64,000 nucleotides of DNA from a virus: IMG/VR virus record IMGVR_UViG_3300017917_000095, positions 1 through 64,000 of that record, one strand, 5' to 3'. Within the stretch, counting starts at the first letter, position 1; each line of letters begins with the position of its first letter. Below the pieces are notes generated by a model. That model did no database searches and was not told the DNA's origin. It saw nothing but the letters and a program-made list of their open reading frames with translations. This document shows positions 1 through 7,944 of the stretch, in pieces. A program made the translations under genes and the position numbers.

Positions 1-1227
1 ATCAGGACCTGTAGGAAGATAGCTACTTGGCACACGTAAACCACGTGCTAATCTGTTGTTAAAGTAGCGCAAGTCATCAATCTCGCCCAAGTTTTGACCG
101 CCAGGAAGGACTTCAACACTTGATCCTCTTCCGTCAGCAGTGACAGGGAAGAAGTAATCTTCGTTCATTGACAATGGGTTGTATGATGCATCAACTACGG
201 ATGAACCACCATAGATACTTGGAATTCTACGCTGGTGAATCTCATTCTTAATACGTTCAACGAATGCCATAGCCATATGACTTGGCATGTTACCAACGTC
301 AATCTTGAACATTCTACGTTCAGGAGCACGTTGTACACGATAGATTAGAACCGCATCCTCAAGCAATTCTTTTTGCTTGTAGACTTTGAAAATGTTTTCT
401 AAGATAGACTGACCGAAAGGCCAGAAGCGATCTAGACCTTCTGTTAAGCTTAGGTGAACCACGTGCTTTGCATCGATTGCTGATTCACTTTGACCCAATG
501 TGAAGCGTGAACCACTTGTATTGTATGGCATACTAGGAACAGTGTATCCACCACCGCCACCTGTGCCACCGCCACCTGTGCCACCTAGACCGGTTGCAGG
601 GTTAGCGGCAAAGTCTGTATTTGTTTTCTGTGCTACAGTTAAGTTCTGTAGGTTAATGTTAATGTCTTTGATAACGTATTGCTCGGGCTTCTTGCCTTCG
701 CTTTCATTGACAATAACTTTGATAATCTTGACCATATCAAGCCAGTATAGCTTGAAGTTCTCTGGGTCACGAACGAATACTTGATCTCCGTACTTAATAA
801 CGTTACGGAATATTTTGAAGATACGAACGTCAAACTCATTGAGTTTACACCATTGTTGCAATTGGGTTTTGAGCATTTCTACTTCGTGTGGAGTAGGATC
901 TTCCTTAAACTCAAACATGAAAGGAGTCTTGTTTTGCTCATTCTTCATAGTACTGAACTCTGAAATAATGTCCAAACATGCGTTGATTTCAGCATCAACG
1001 TCCATCATTTCATATTGATTGTAACGTTCAATACGGTTTGGGTGACCTGTATAGACTTCAGGAAGTCTACTCATGTAGTTACGATAACCCCAATCTAAGT
1101 TGTTTGCACCACCAGTAGAGCTTCCATTCTGACCAGGGCTTCCGTTCCAGGCCCCCTGGTTGCTATTGCCACCTGAAATGGGACTAGATACGCCGCTTCT
1201 GTTTAAAAATTTCTTTTTGTATGTCAT
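1..1227 (-). CDS. gp20: T4-like portal vertex protein (3' end runs off the window)
   Basis: Not in the ORF track because it has no stop in the window. Manual translation from ATG 1227 gives MTYKKKFLNRSG... with gp20 motifs YEMMDVDAEINACLDII, LLEDAVLIYRVQRAPERRMFKIDVGNMP, NEDYFFP, GRGSSVEVLPGGQNLGEIDDLRYF and LRVPSSYL. Confidence 0.95.
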   Translation of the reverse strand, partial: MTYKKKFLNRSGVSSPISGGNSNQGAWNGSPGQNGSSTGGANNLDWGYRNYMSRLPEVYTGHPNRIERYNQYEMMDVDAEINACLDIISEFSTMKNEQNKTPFMFEFKEDPTPHEVEMLKTQLQQWCKLNEFDVRIFKIFRNVIKYGDQVFVRDPENFKLYWLDMVKIIKVIVNESEGKKPEQYVIKDININLQNLTVAQKTNTDFAANPATGLGGTGGGGTGGGGGYTVPSMPYNTSGSRFTLGQSESAIDAKHVVHLSLTEGLDRFWPFGQSILENIFKVYKQKELLEDAVLIYRVQRAPERRMFKIDVGNMPSHMAMAFVERIKNEIHQRRIPSIYGGSSVVDASYNPLSMNEDYFFPVTADGRGSSVEVLPGGQNLGEIDDLRYFNNRLARGLRVPSSYLPTGPD

Positions 1228-1246
1228 AATGTAAATGGGTTATCTA

Positions 1247-1254
1247 TATTTAGT
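1247..1254 (-). promoter_or_regulatory. gp55-type late promoter (ACTAAATA) for the portal gene
   Basis: Variant of the T4 late -10 box TATAAATA, about 20 nt upstream of the portal ATG. The TAA(A/G)TA core recurs before most structural genes in the window. Confidence 0.6.
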
Positions 1255-1255
1255 A

Positions 1256-4200
1256 TCAAACTCTTGAATTCTGCAATAACTTTTCCTGCGTATCATGTGA
1301 TTCTGATAGTTTATCTTTGATATCAGCTAGAATGCTTACCATTTCTGTCATTGGATCTTCACCTGGGTCTGCACTATTTGCGTTCATTACATTGTCAACT
1401 GTTCGCTGTACTAACACATCTTTTAGTTGACTCAATGCATCCTTGAACTCACCTGTTAACTTTTCCATTGCAGTAGACAAGTCATCGTTATTGTTTTCCA
1501 TGAGTTCTTTTAATCTATCACCCAATATGTCACCTACATCAGCATCAAAGGACTTTGTACCCATCTCTGCACCGGCGATATTGTAGTTTAGACCTATACC
1601 AGAACCCAAAATCTTCTTCCATGCTTCTGGATCAGTAATCGTCTGAGTCTTGTCATCGTATGCACCGATCTTACTAGCCATCTTAGAAATAGCAGTAATG
1701 TCAGTTGACATGGGACCTTGATTATACCCAGTGTATTCATTCATGCCAGCGAATGTCGGACCTGTTTCTTCCGAGAACAGCTTGATTGGATTCTTAGCTA
1801 CACTAGCAATTTGATCGTTAGGAATAACAGTTTCATTACCATGCAACTCAACCATGTATCCTGATTCAGGACCCTCAAAGACGCCGCCGCCTTGTGCTTT
1901 TGGTATCTCGTCTTTCTTAGATTGTGCGGTGGCGACCATTGTACCACCTGATGAAGGTTGAATACCTTGAATGTCTTTAGATCCTGCGTATGCAGTAACC
2001 TTATTCATTACTTCGCCGGCTAGATAACTACCCTTTTTACGAACGTCCCCACCTGCAATCTGACTAGTAGCTAACAAGTTCGCTTGATCTTGGGTCATGT
2101 TCTTTTCATCAATGCCCATAGCACTAGCCATTCGAGACTTGCCCTTCTCCATGTACCATGCTACAACTTCTGCTGCAACCTTAGGATCGTTAACTAAGTC
2201 AGGATCTTTAACTAATCTATCATCACCGAATACTGCTTGTGATGCTTGTGCGTAGTTACTCTTACCGGTAAGCTGAATGTATCCACGACCTCTATACTTG
2301 AATCCATCTCCGGGCTCTGTGTTGCCCATGCTACGACCGATCTTGGTATCCTTACCGTACATGAACTCGCCCATGCCTTCTTCGCTTGACTTGATCTGAT
2401 TGAGTTCTGCATCTGATTTGCCGGCTGCTCTAGATCCAAAGATACTACGAATACGTTCGTTACTAGTCTTACTATAATCTAATTTTTCATTTACAATCTT
2501 ACCACCAGATTCTTTCATGACGTTACCTAACACAGCATTGAGATATTTTTCATCTCCCATGCCACGCTTCATCAATGCGGCTTTAACGTCACCTAAATTC
2601 TGTTTGATATCTTGATCTTTGGATGGTTTCAATCCTGTGCCACCACCCATACCTGCTAAAGGTGGTGCTGACGGTGGTTTAACACCTTGTCCGCTCTCAG
2701 ATGCGGCTTTGCCTCCACCGGCTCCTCCACCTAGTATTCCACCGATATCAGGCATCTTGACACCAGTGCCTCCGGCTGCGCCGCCGGCGGCACCAGTTTC
2801 TTGTGTTACTATCTTTATACTGCTAGCAAATTTTGAAAGATCAATTGAAGCACTGTGGAACACGTTCTTTAGTTTATCTTGAACTGAACCTAAACCTTTA
2901 GCTGCATCTTCTTCTTTGTCTAGCTTGTCTTTTTCTATTTCATCTAACTTGACAATAGAACCTGTCAACTTCTTGAAGATGCCATCAGTATCCTCAATAG
3001 TTTCTTTCAACTGCTTGATTGCTTCACGTTCTTTTTCCAACTCATCTTCATCATCATCGTCAGGAGTTGGTAATGCTGAGGTTTTCATACCAGTACCCAA
3101 CGGTGTAATCATTTCTTTACCGTGCAACTCTACTGGATAACCTGACTTAGGTCCCTCGAACACACCACCAACTGCGGCTTTTGGTGCACTTGGTTTATTG
3201 TCTGGCATGATTCCGGCGCGCATAGCTAGCATCGGATCTATTTGCATTGATTGGCCTAGACCCGCTTTATCAAGAGCAGGTGCACCCATACCACCCAATG
3301 TTTTTAGTGCGGTGGTATCATCAAATTTCTTAACAACTACTGGTATTGGTTCAGCACTCTTTTTATCTTTTCCTACATCTTTATTAAGTTCAGTAGACTT
3401 CTTATCTGCTTTTGCTTCTTGCTTCTTAGTTGATTCGTCTACTTTCTTATCAGCATCAGCGGTCATCTTAGCAATGCTGCCACCCGCAACTTCACCGATT
3501 GCTTTACCGCCCTTGCTACCTAGCCATCCACCCAATGCAGCACCGATGATGCCACCGATAGCAGTTCCCACAACCGGAACGACTGAACCAACTGCTGCAC
3601 CGGCTGCTGCGCCTGCCCATGCGCCGCCCGCGCCGCCTGCTGCGGTACCAACACCACCACCAACTGCTTCGGCTTTGGCTTCTCTATGTTCTTCTTTATT
3701 GATAGTACCTTCTTTGAGGTCTTTATCTGCTTTCTTTATACCCTGATATGCATCAATGACACCATCACCCACTGCCATTACAGTACCAATCATTGGTGCT
3801 GCTTTTGATAACTTAGACAATGGGCCGGCTAGTTTTCCTAATGCTGAAGCAGCAGTTGATGCAGCCGTTGCCGCAGTTCCTGCTCCTGCTGCTCCTGTTG
3901 CCGCGACTGGTGCGGCTGCTGTCGCAGCGGTTGCAGCCGTTGTTGCTACTGGTGCTGCCGCAGTTGCAACTGTAGATGCTACTGGTGCGGCACCTCCTGC
4001 AAGACCAAGACCTTTGGCTGCAGCCTTTACAGCATCTGTACCTTTACCTAATATGCCTGATATTAATTTGTTACCACCTGCGCCTGCAAGACCTATCAAT
4101 GCAGCCGCGGCTGCAGTACCTGCAACGGTCAAGAATGTGAAGCCACCTAGAAGTGGGTTGATTTTACTTGTTAGCTGGTCTAGAGCTTTGCCGGCTTCAA

Positions 4201-5671
4201 TCTCAGCCGTTGTCATCTTAGCTCTCATGTCCTTAGCTGGATCGGCTCCTTCTTTCTTAGCCTTTTCTCTTTCTGCTTTAGACTTCTGCATCTCTGCAGC
4301 CATATCTTTGTCGAGCATCTGACCGTAGTTCTGCATCGACTTCTTATTCATGCCGAATGCTTTTGCAGTTTCATCCGAGAACTTCGCAGCATCACCCTGA
4401 TTCTTGATGGCTTTGTCCATCTGCTGGGTGTACGAGTTCATGAACTTGCCGGCTGTCTCGGTTCCGTCAGCACCCTTCTTCAGTGATTTTTCAAACTGCT
4501 CCATTGGCACGCCCATGCGTGCTAAATACGCACTTTGCTCTGTCCAAGTGCCAGTTGCAAGTCTTGCTTGTGCAGCCGCAGTCAATTGACTATCGCCCAT
4601 TGCTGCAATACCATCTAGGAATTCTTCCCTAGCTTTCATTTCCTTCTTCTTGGCGTCGGCGCCTGCAGTGTCACCTCTAGCCTCAAGAGCCTTAGCTTCT
4701 TGGGCTAACTTAGCTTGAGAGATTTGGAAGTTAACGGCTGCTCTAGCTTCTTGTTGTTGTTTCTTGATATCTTCGGCGTTTTGACCAGTGATGGCACTTA
4801 ATGTCATCAATCTATCAGTGTACTCTAATGATGCACGTTGTAATGCCTGTTTATCCTGTAGTTCACCCTTTAGGCTCTTACCGGTTAGCTGCTGCAACTT
4901 AATATAGTCAGCTTGGTTCTGCATCAATTCTTCTTGACTGACGCCCAAACGCTGATATTGCTCACGTGTTTCGTTTGAAACGGCTGCTAGTTTGGAGAAT
5001 GCTTTGACACCCTCACCTGTTGTTCCACCTAAGCTAGTTAATGCAGGACCTAAACTCTGAATAGGCTTGATAAGGACATCCATGTTCTTACTTGTGACAC
5101 CGGCTTTGTTAGCCATGTCCAGTAACTCTTTAGTTGTGAATGAGCCTGCTGTACCAAACTTAGATAGATTGTCGTTAGCTTTTAATACTGCATCTGCTTG
5201 TTCGGCGTACATGCTACCAAGTTTGGTCAACCCTTGAATGGTCATTCCAACTGCTTTGCCCAATGGACCGAAGTTTTCTGCGGCCTTAGACACTGCACTA
5301 CCTAATGTAGATAGACCTTCGTTGTATTTGGCAAAACTACGACTTGGATCTTGACTGATTAACTTGTTGAATACCTTACCTAAACCATCTGCACCTGTTT
5401 TCAATGACTGAGCAAAGTTTTGCATTGCTTTGTCATATTCTTGGGCAGCTTTCAAATTCTCTTGATATGCCCTAGAGTTTCTATCAACTGCAACGGTGTT
5501 ATCGCCTACAGCTTTTGAGTTCTGCCCAAAAGTATTTCTGAGGTTTAGTCGTTCGATTTCGTCTGGCTTCATTGCTGCCATACGCATTTGGCTATTCATA
5601 GCCAAAGCCTCATTGAGCGATCTAAGTTCTTCGCTTAACTGTTGAAATACTTGTTGAGAATTTTCGTCCAT
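1256..5671 (-). CDS. Tail tape measure protein with a GH19 (chitinase/lysozyme-like) peptidoglycan hydrolase domain
   Basis: Long Ala/Gln/Lys-rich helical N-terminal half, hydrophobic and glycine-zipper segments, and GH19 motifs (NVMKESGG, EKLDYS, GDGFKYRGRGYIQLTGKSNY, DPDLV). Divergent from gp26. The start is more likely ATG 5671 (MDENSQQ) than 5713, because the upstream codons overlap the promoter motifs. Confidence 0.8.
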   Translation of the reverse strand: MDENSQQVFQQLSEELRSLNEALAMNSQMRMAAMKPDEIERLNLRNTFGQNSKAVGDNTVAVDRNSRAYQENLKAAQEYDKAMQNFAQSLKTGADGLGKVFNKLISQDPSRSFAKYNEGLSTLGSAVSKAAENFGPLGKAVGMTIQGLTKLGSMYAEQADAVLKANDNLSKFGTAGSFTTKELLDMANKAGVTSKNMDVLIKPIQSLGPALTSLGGTTGEGVKAFSKLAAVSNETREQYQRLGVSQEELMQNQADYIKLQQLTGKSLKGELQDKQALQRASLEYTDRLMTLSAITGQNAEDIKKQQQEARAAVNFQISQAKLAQEAKALEARGDTAGADAKKKEMKAREEFLDGIAAMGDSQLTAAAQARLATGTWTEQSAYLARMGVPMEQFEKSLKKGADGTETAGKFMNSYTQQMDKAIKNQGDAAKFSDETAKAFGMNKKSMQNYGQMLDKDMAAEMQKSKAEREKAKKEGADPAKDMRAKMTTAEIEAGKALDQLTSKINPLLGGFTFLTVAGTAAAAALIGLAGAGGNKLISGILGKGTDAVKAAAKGLGLAGGAAPVASTVATAAAPVATTAATAATAAAPVAATGAAGAGTAATAASTAASALGKLAGPLSKLSKAAPMIGTVMAVGDGVIDAYQGIKKADKDLKEGTINKEEHREAKAEAVGGGVGTAAGGAGGAWAGAAAGAAVGSVVPVVGTAIGGIIGAALGGWLGSKGGKAIGEVAGGSIAKMTADADKKVDESTKKQEAKADKKSTELNKDVGKDKKSAEPIPVVVKKFDDTTALKTLGGMGAPALDKAGLGQSMQIDPMLAMRAGIMPDNKPSAPKAAVGGVFEGPKSGYPVELHGKEMITPLGTGMKTSALPTPDDDDEDELEKEREAIKQLKETIEDTDGIFKKLTGSIVKLDEIEKDKLDKEEDAAKGLGSVQDKLKNVFHSASIDLSKFASSIKIVTQETGAAGGAAGGTGVKMPDIGGILGGGAGGGKAASESGQGVKPPSAPPLAGMGGGTGLKPSKDQDIKQNLGDVKAALMKRGMGDEKYLNAVLGNVMKESGGKIVNEKLDYSKTSNERIRSIFGSRAAGKSDAELNQIKSSEEGMGEFMYGKDTKIGRSMGNTEPGDGFKYRGRGYIQLTGKSNYAQASQAVFGDDRLVKDPDLVNDPKVAAEVVAWYMEKGKSRMASAMGIDEKNMTQDQANLLATSQIAGGDVRKKGSYLAGEVMNKVTAYAGSKDIQGIQPSSGGTMVATAQSKKDEIPKAQGGGVFEGPESGYMVELHGNETVIPNDQIASVAKNPIKLFSEETGPTFAGMNEYTGYNQGPMSTDITAISKMASKIGAYDDKTQTITDPEAWKKILGSGIGLNYNIAGAEMGTKSFDADVGDILGDRLKELMENNNDDLSTAMEKLTGEFKDALSQLKDVLVQRTVDNVMNANSADPGEDPMTEMVSILADIKDKLSESHDTQEKLLQNSRV

Positions 5672-5682
5672 GGTTTTTACCA

Positions 5683-5704
5683 AATAAATATACTTGTATT
5701 TAGT
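5683..5704. promoter_or_regulatory. Two overlapping, face-to-face late promoters (AATAAATA on +, ACTAAATA on -)
   Basis: AATAAATA at 5683-5690 points to gp26. TATTTAGT at 5697-5704 (ACTAAATA on the minus strand) points to the tape measure gene. Confidence 0.55.
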
Positions 5705-5745
5705 ATTGGGCAAAGACCCAATTTTAACTTAAAGGAAAAAACCCA

Positions 5746-6576
5746 ATGGCACTAGACAATAACCCACTAAAGCAGTATTTCCGTCGTCCTTCTGTATACA
5801 TCAAACTACCTAGCGGAGGTAAATACTACCCAGCGGGAATGATAGATATGCCCGAGAACGGAGAGATCCCAATCTATCCAATGACTGCAATCGATGAGAT
5901 TACTACCAAGACACCTGACGCACTGTACAACGGTACTGCAATGGTAGAATTGATGAAAAGCTGTGTTCCTAATATCAAGGATCCTTGGACTATCAACAGC
6001 ATGGACCTCGATGCTATCTTAATCGGCATTAGGGCAGCAGGTGGTGGTAATGACATGGAAATCGAATCAGCATGTCCTAAGTGCAATGATATCGGTAAGT
6101 ATGGATTGAACCTAATCAATATGTTGAGTCAAATGCGTCCCGGTAACTATGACAAAGAGCTAGAACTTAACGATTTGAAGATCAAATTCAGACCTTTGAC
6201 ATACAAAGAGATGAACGAGGCCAGCATAGGACAGCTTGAAATTCAACGTATTTTCTTCTTGTTAGATCAAGAACCCGATGAAGAAGTTCGCAAGAAACGT
6301 GGTCAAGATGCATTGAAACAAGTCACTGAATTGACTATCAAGTTGTTAACTAGTGCCATTCAGTATATTGAGACACCTACTGTACGTGTAGATACCAAAG
6401 ACTTCATTCAGGATTTCTTGAATAACTGCGATAAGAACATCTATGTAGCCGTGCGTGATTACAACGCGGAATTGAAATCCCAGACTGAAATTAAGCCACT
6501 CAAGATCAAATGCGTACATTGCACTCATGAGTATGAACAACCATTCACATTGAATACATCTGATTTTTTCGCATGA
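5746..6576 (+). CDS. gp26: T4 gp26-like baseplate hub / tail assembly chaperone
   Basis: NNPLKQYFRRP..YIKLPSGGKYY N-terminus, PMTAIDE, two CxxC pairs (CPKC, CVHC) and a C-terminal DFF. AAAGGA RBS upstream. Confidence 0.8.
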   Translation: MALDNNPLKQYFRRPSVYIKLPSGGKYYPAGMIDMPENGEIPIYPMTAIDEITTKTPDALYNGTAMVELMKSCVPNIKDPWTINSMDLDAILIGIRAAGGGNDMEIESACPKCNDIGKYGLNLINMLSQMRPGNYDKELELNDLKIKFRPLTYKEMNEASIGQLEIQRIFFLLDQEPDEEVRKKRGQDALKQVTELTIKLLTSAIQYIETPTVRVDTKDFIQDFLNNCDKNIYVAVRDYNAELKSQTEIKPLKIKCVHCTHEYEQPFTLNTSDFFA

Positions 6577-6612
6577 CGCTTCTCCGCCTTGACCCACAAG
6601 GCATACAGAAGC
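6564..6612 (+). other. Candidate programmed -1 ribosomal frameshift signal (slippery T TTT TTC plus a downstream stem-loop)
   Basis: In-frame GAT TTT TTC at the end of gp26, then a 7-nt spacer, then the hairpin GCTTCT-cc-GCCTTG-accca-CAAGGC-atac-AGAAGC (6578-6612). The next ORF is in the -1 frame. Confidence 0.6.
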
Positions 6613-6800
6613 TTATCGAGGGCTATGAAAAAGCCGTCGAACAAATAAGAAAAAACGCCATGACATTGGCGTGGTACATGCGGGGTGGTGCGACATATGA
6701 AGATGTTCTGAATATGTCCGCTACCGAACGTGATTACCTAAATGAATTAGTAGAAAAGAACTTAGAAGTCACAAAGAAATCAGGACTACCATTCTTCTGA
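6573..6800 (+). CDS. Small gp51-like baseplate hub assembly protein (possible frameshift extension of gp26)
   Basis: 75 aa with ATGA overlap to gp26. The LAWYMRGGATYEDVLNMSATER pattern resembles the small protein that follows gp26 in T4-like phages. No Shine-Dalgarno sequence. Confidence 0.65.
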   Translation: MTLLRLDPQGIQKLIEGYEKAVEQIRKNAMTLAWYMRGGATYEDVLNMSATERDYLNELVEKNLEVTKKSGLPFF

Positions 6801-6842
6801 TCTTCTTTCTTTTATCCATAGCTATTCATTTATCTAATTTTT

Positions 6843-7320
6843 AAACTCATCTGTTCTCTTTAGAAGATGTCCTACGGACATCTAAGAATTCGCTATCGCT
6901 CATTCTTACACTGTTTGAGTTTTCTTTAGAGTTTCTTTCATATCAGGCCTATTGAATTAGTATTGCACTTGAAGCCATGGTAGTGCTATTTTAGCACTAC
7001 CACTGGTAAAGGCTGTCTTGCCCGTCATCCATTGTTATCTTTTCCCCGTAGTGTCAGCTATTTGTGCTACATCTACGCTACCGGTTGCTCTGTAAAGTTT
7101 ATGGGACTGTAGTTAGGTCTGTCAATGATCTTTCAATTGACGCCTTCGCAACGCACATCCTATGACTCAAAGATAAAGTCATCATAGGCTTGTTGAAGGT
7201 TCGCTTTGTCGATTGCCTTCTCGGTATATCCAGAAAAATTAATTTCTGCTGCTCCAGAATCTGACGGCACAGCCGAACTGTACAATCTCAAGGAGAGTCG
7301 AGGTACCCCGACCAAACTAG
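6843..7320 (-). ncRNA. Putative large structured non-coding RNA or replication-origin element (family unknown)
   Basis: Only long ORF-free gap in the window, with at least 8 stem-loops (6865-6883, 6884-6907, 6978-7002, 7047-7078, 7121-7141, 7143-7199, 7231-7248, 7297-7312). Two stems contain G-U pairs only on the minus strand. Boundaries are approximate. Confidence 0.55.
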
Positions 7321-7341
7321 TTTAACGATAAAGTGCGTTTC

Positions 7342-7911
7342 TTAAACGCTTGGTAAAATGTTTTTGATTTCGATGTTTTCGATTTGTGACTTGGTGTCTG
7401 TAGAGCCTGTAGAGTATGTCTTAAAGAGGTCTTTGTTGTGATTCCAAAAGTGATCGAACTCAATCATGAGCCAATCACCATATTTTTCCGATGTGTAATA
7501 TAAGAATTGATCGGTTACCCAAGTTAACTTGGACTGAACGCAAACGAACTTACCTTTACGATTGAACTTCATAAAGAGTATGTTTACATCGTCGGTCTCA
7601 GCCACTGCCATAAGTTGATCCAACCAACTATTTAGTTGCTTGCAGTCTCCTGCAAGTACTAAGTGAAAAGGAAAATCAGCGTAAGATTTGCATTCTGCAT
7701 TAAACATCTTGAAGCTTTGTCCTGGTACGATATCGCCCTTGAAAGAACGAATCTGACCCTCATGTAGAAACTCTGTACGCTTTTGGTTCTTGCCACCTAC
7801 GTAGGCGCCTGAACCCGGTGCACGAATGAACGACTCACCGTAGATTTTTGATAGATATTGAGCTACTTCACGCTCAAAACTAGAACCTTTTTGTTTTTGT
7901 GGACTTGGCAT
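7342..7911 (-). CDS. Holliday junction resolvase, Hjc-like PD-(D/E)xK nuclease
   Basis: SPQKQKGSSFEREVA, RAPGSGA, GDI and AECKSY motifs, next to gp46/gp47. Start probably ATG 7911 (MPSPQK). Confidence 0.8.
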   Translation of the reverse strand: MPSPQKQKGSSFEREVAQYLSKIYGESFIRAPGSGAYVGGKNQKRTEFLHEGQIRSFKGDIVPGQSFKMFNAECKSYADFPFHLVLAGDCKQLNSWLDQLMAVAETDDVNILFMKFNRKGKFVCVQSKLTWVTDQFLYYTSEKYGDWLMIEFDHFWNHNKDLFKTYSTGSTDTKSQIENIEIKNILPSV

Positions 7912-7916
7912 ATACA

Positions 7917-7924
7917 TACTTATG
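7917..7924 (-). promoter_or_regulatory. Late promoter variant CATAAGTA, 5 nt before the resolvase ATG
   Basis: The minus strand reads GTCATAAGTATGTATATG. The identical 8-mer precedes the giant gene at 24413. Confidence 0.55.
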
Positions 7925-7944
7925 ACGGCTTCAAGGCGCTGAAA

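Noticed and set aside
500-1018. Short ORFs in the track, including the Pro-rich 94-aa ORF
   Set aside because: They are shadows of the minus-strand portal gene. The poly-Pro is the antisense of a GGTGGG linker (CCACCGCCACCTGTG repeated twice).
2619-4589. Plus-strand ORFs of up to 188 aa opposite the tape measure
   Set aside because: Antisense frames of Ala/Gly-rich codons, with no RBS or promoter and low-complexity products.
5672-5713. Longer N-termini given by the ORF track for the tape measure (also gp47 at 12425, gp55 at 13388, the GT at 47333 and the SGNH at 59719)
   Set aside because: The extensions overlap promoter motifs or upstream genes. The downstream ATGs have better RBS, promoter spacing or ATGA coupling.
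6801-7341. Group I intron, tRNA, tmRNA or CRISPR interpretation of the structured gap
   Set aside because: No interrupted gene flanks it. Only a weak ACTACAGTCC resemblance to the group I S element is present, without a convincing P7 partner. There is no cloverleaf or T-loop and no repeat-spacer periodicity.
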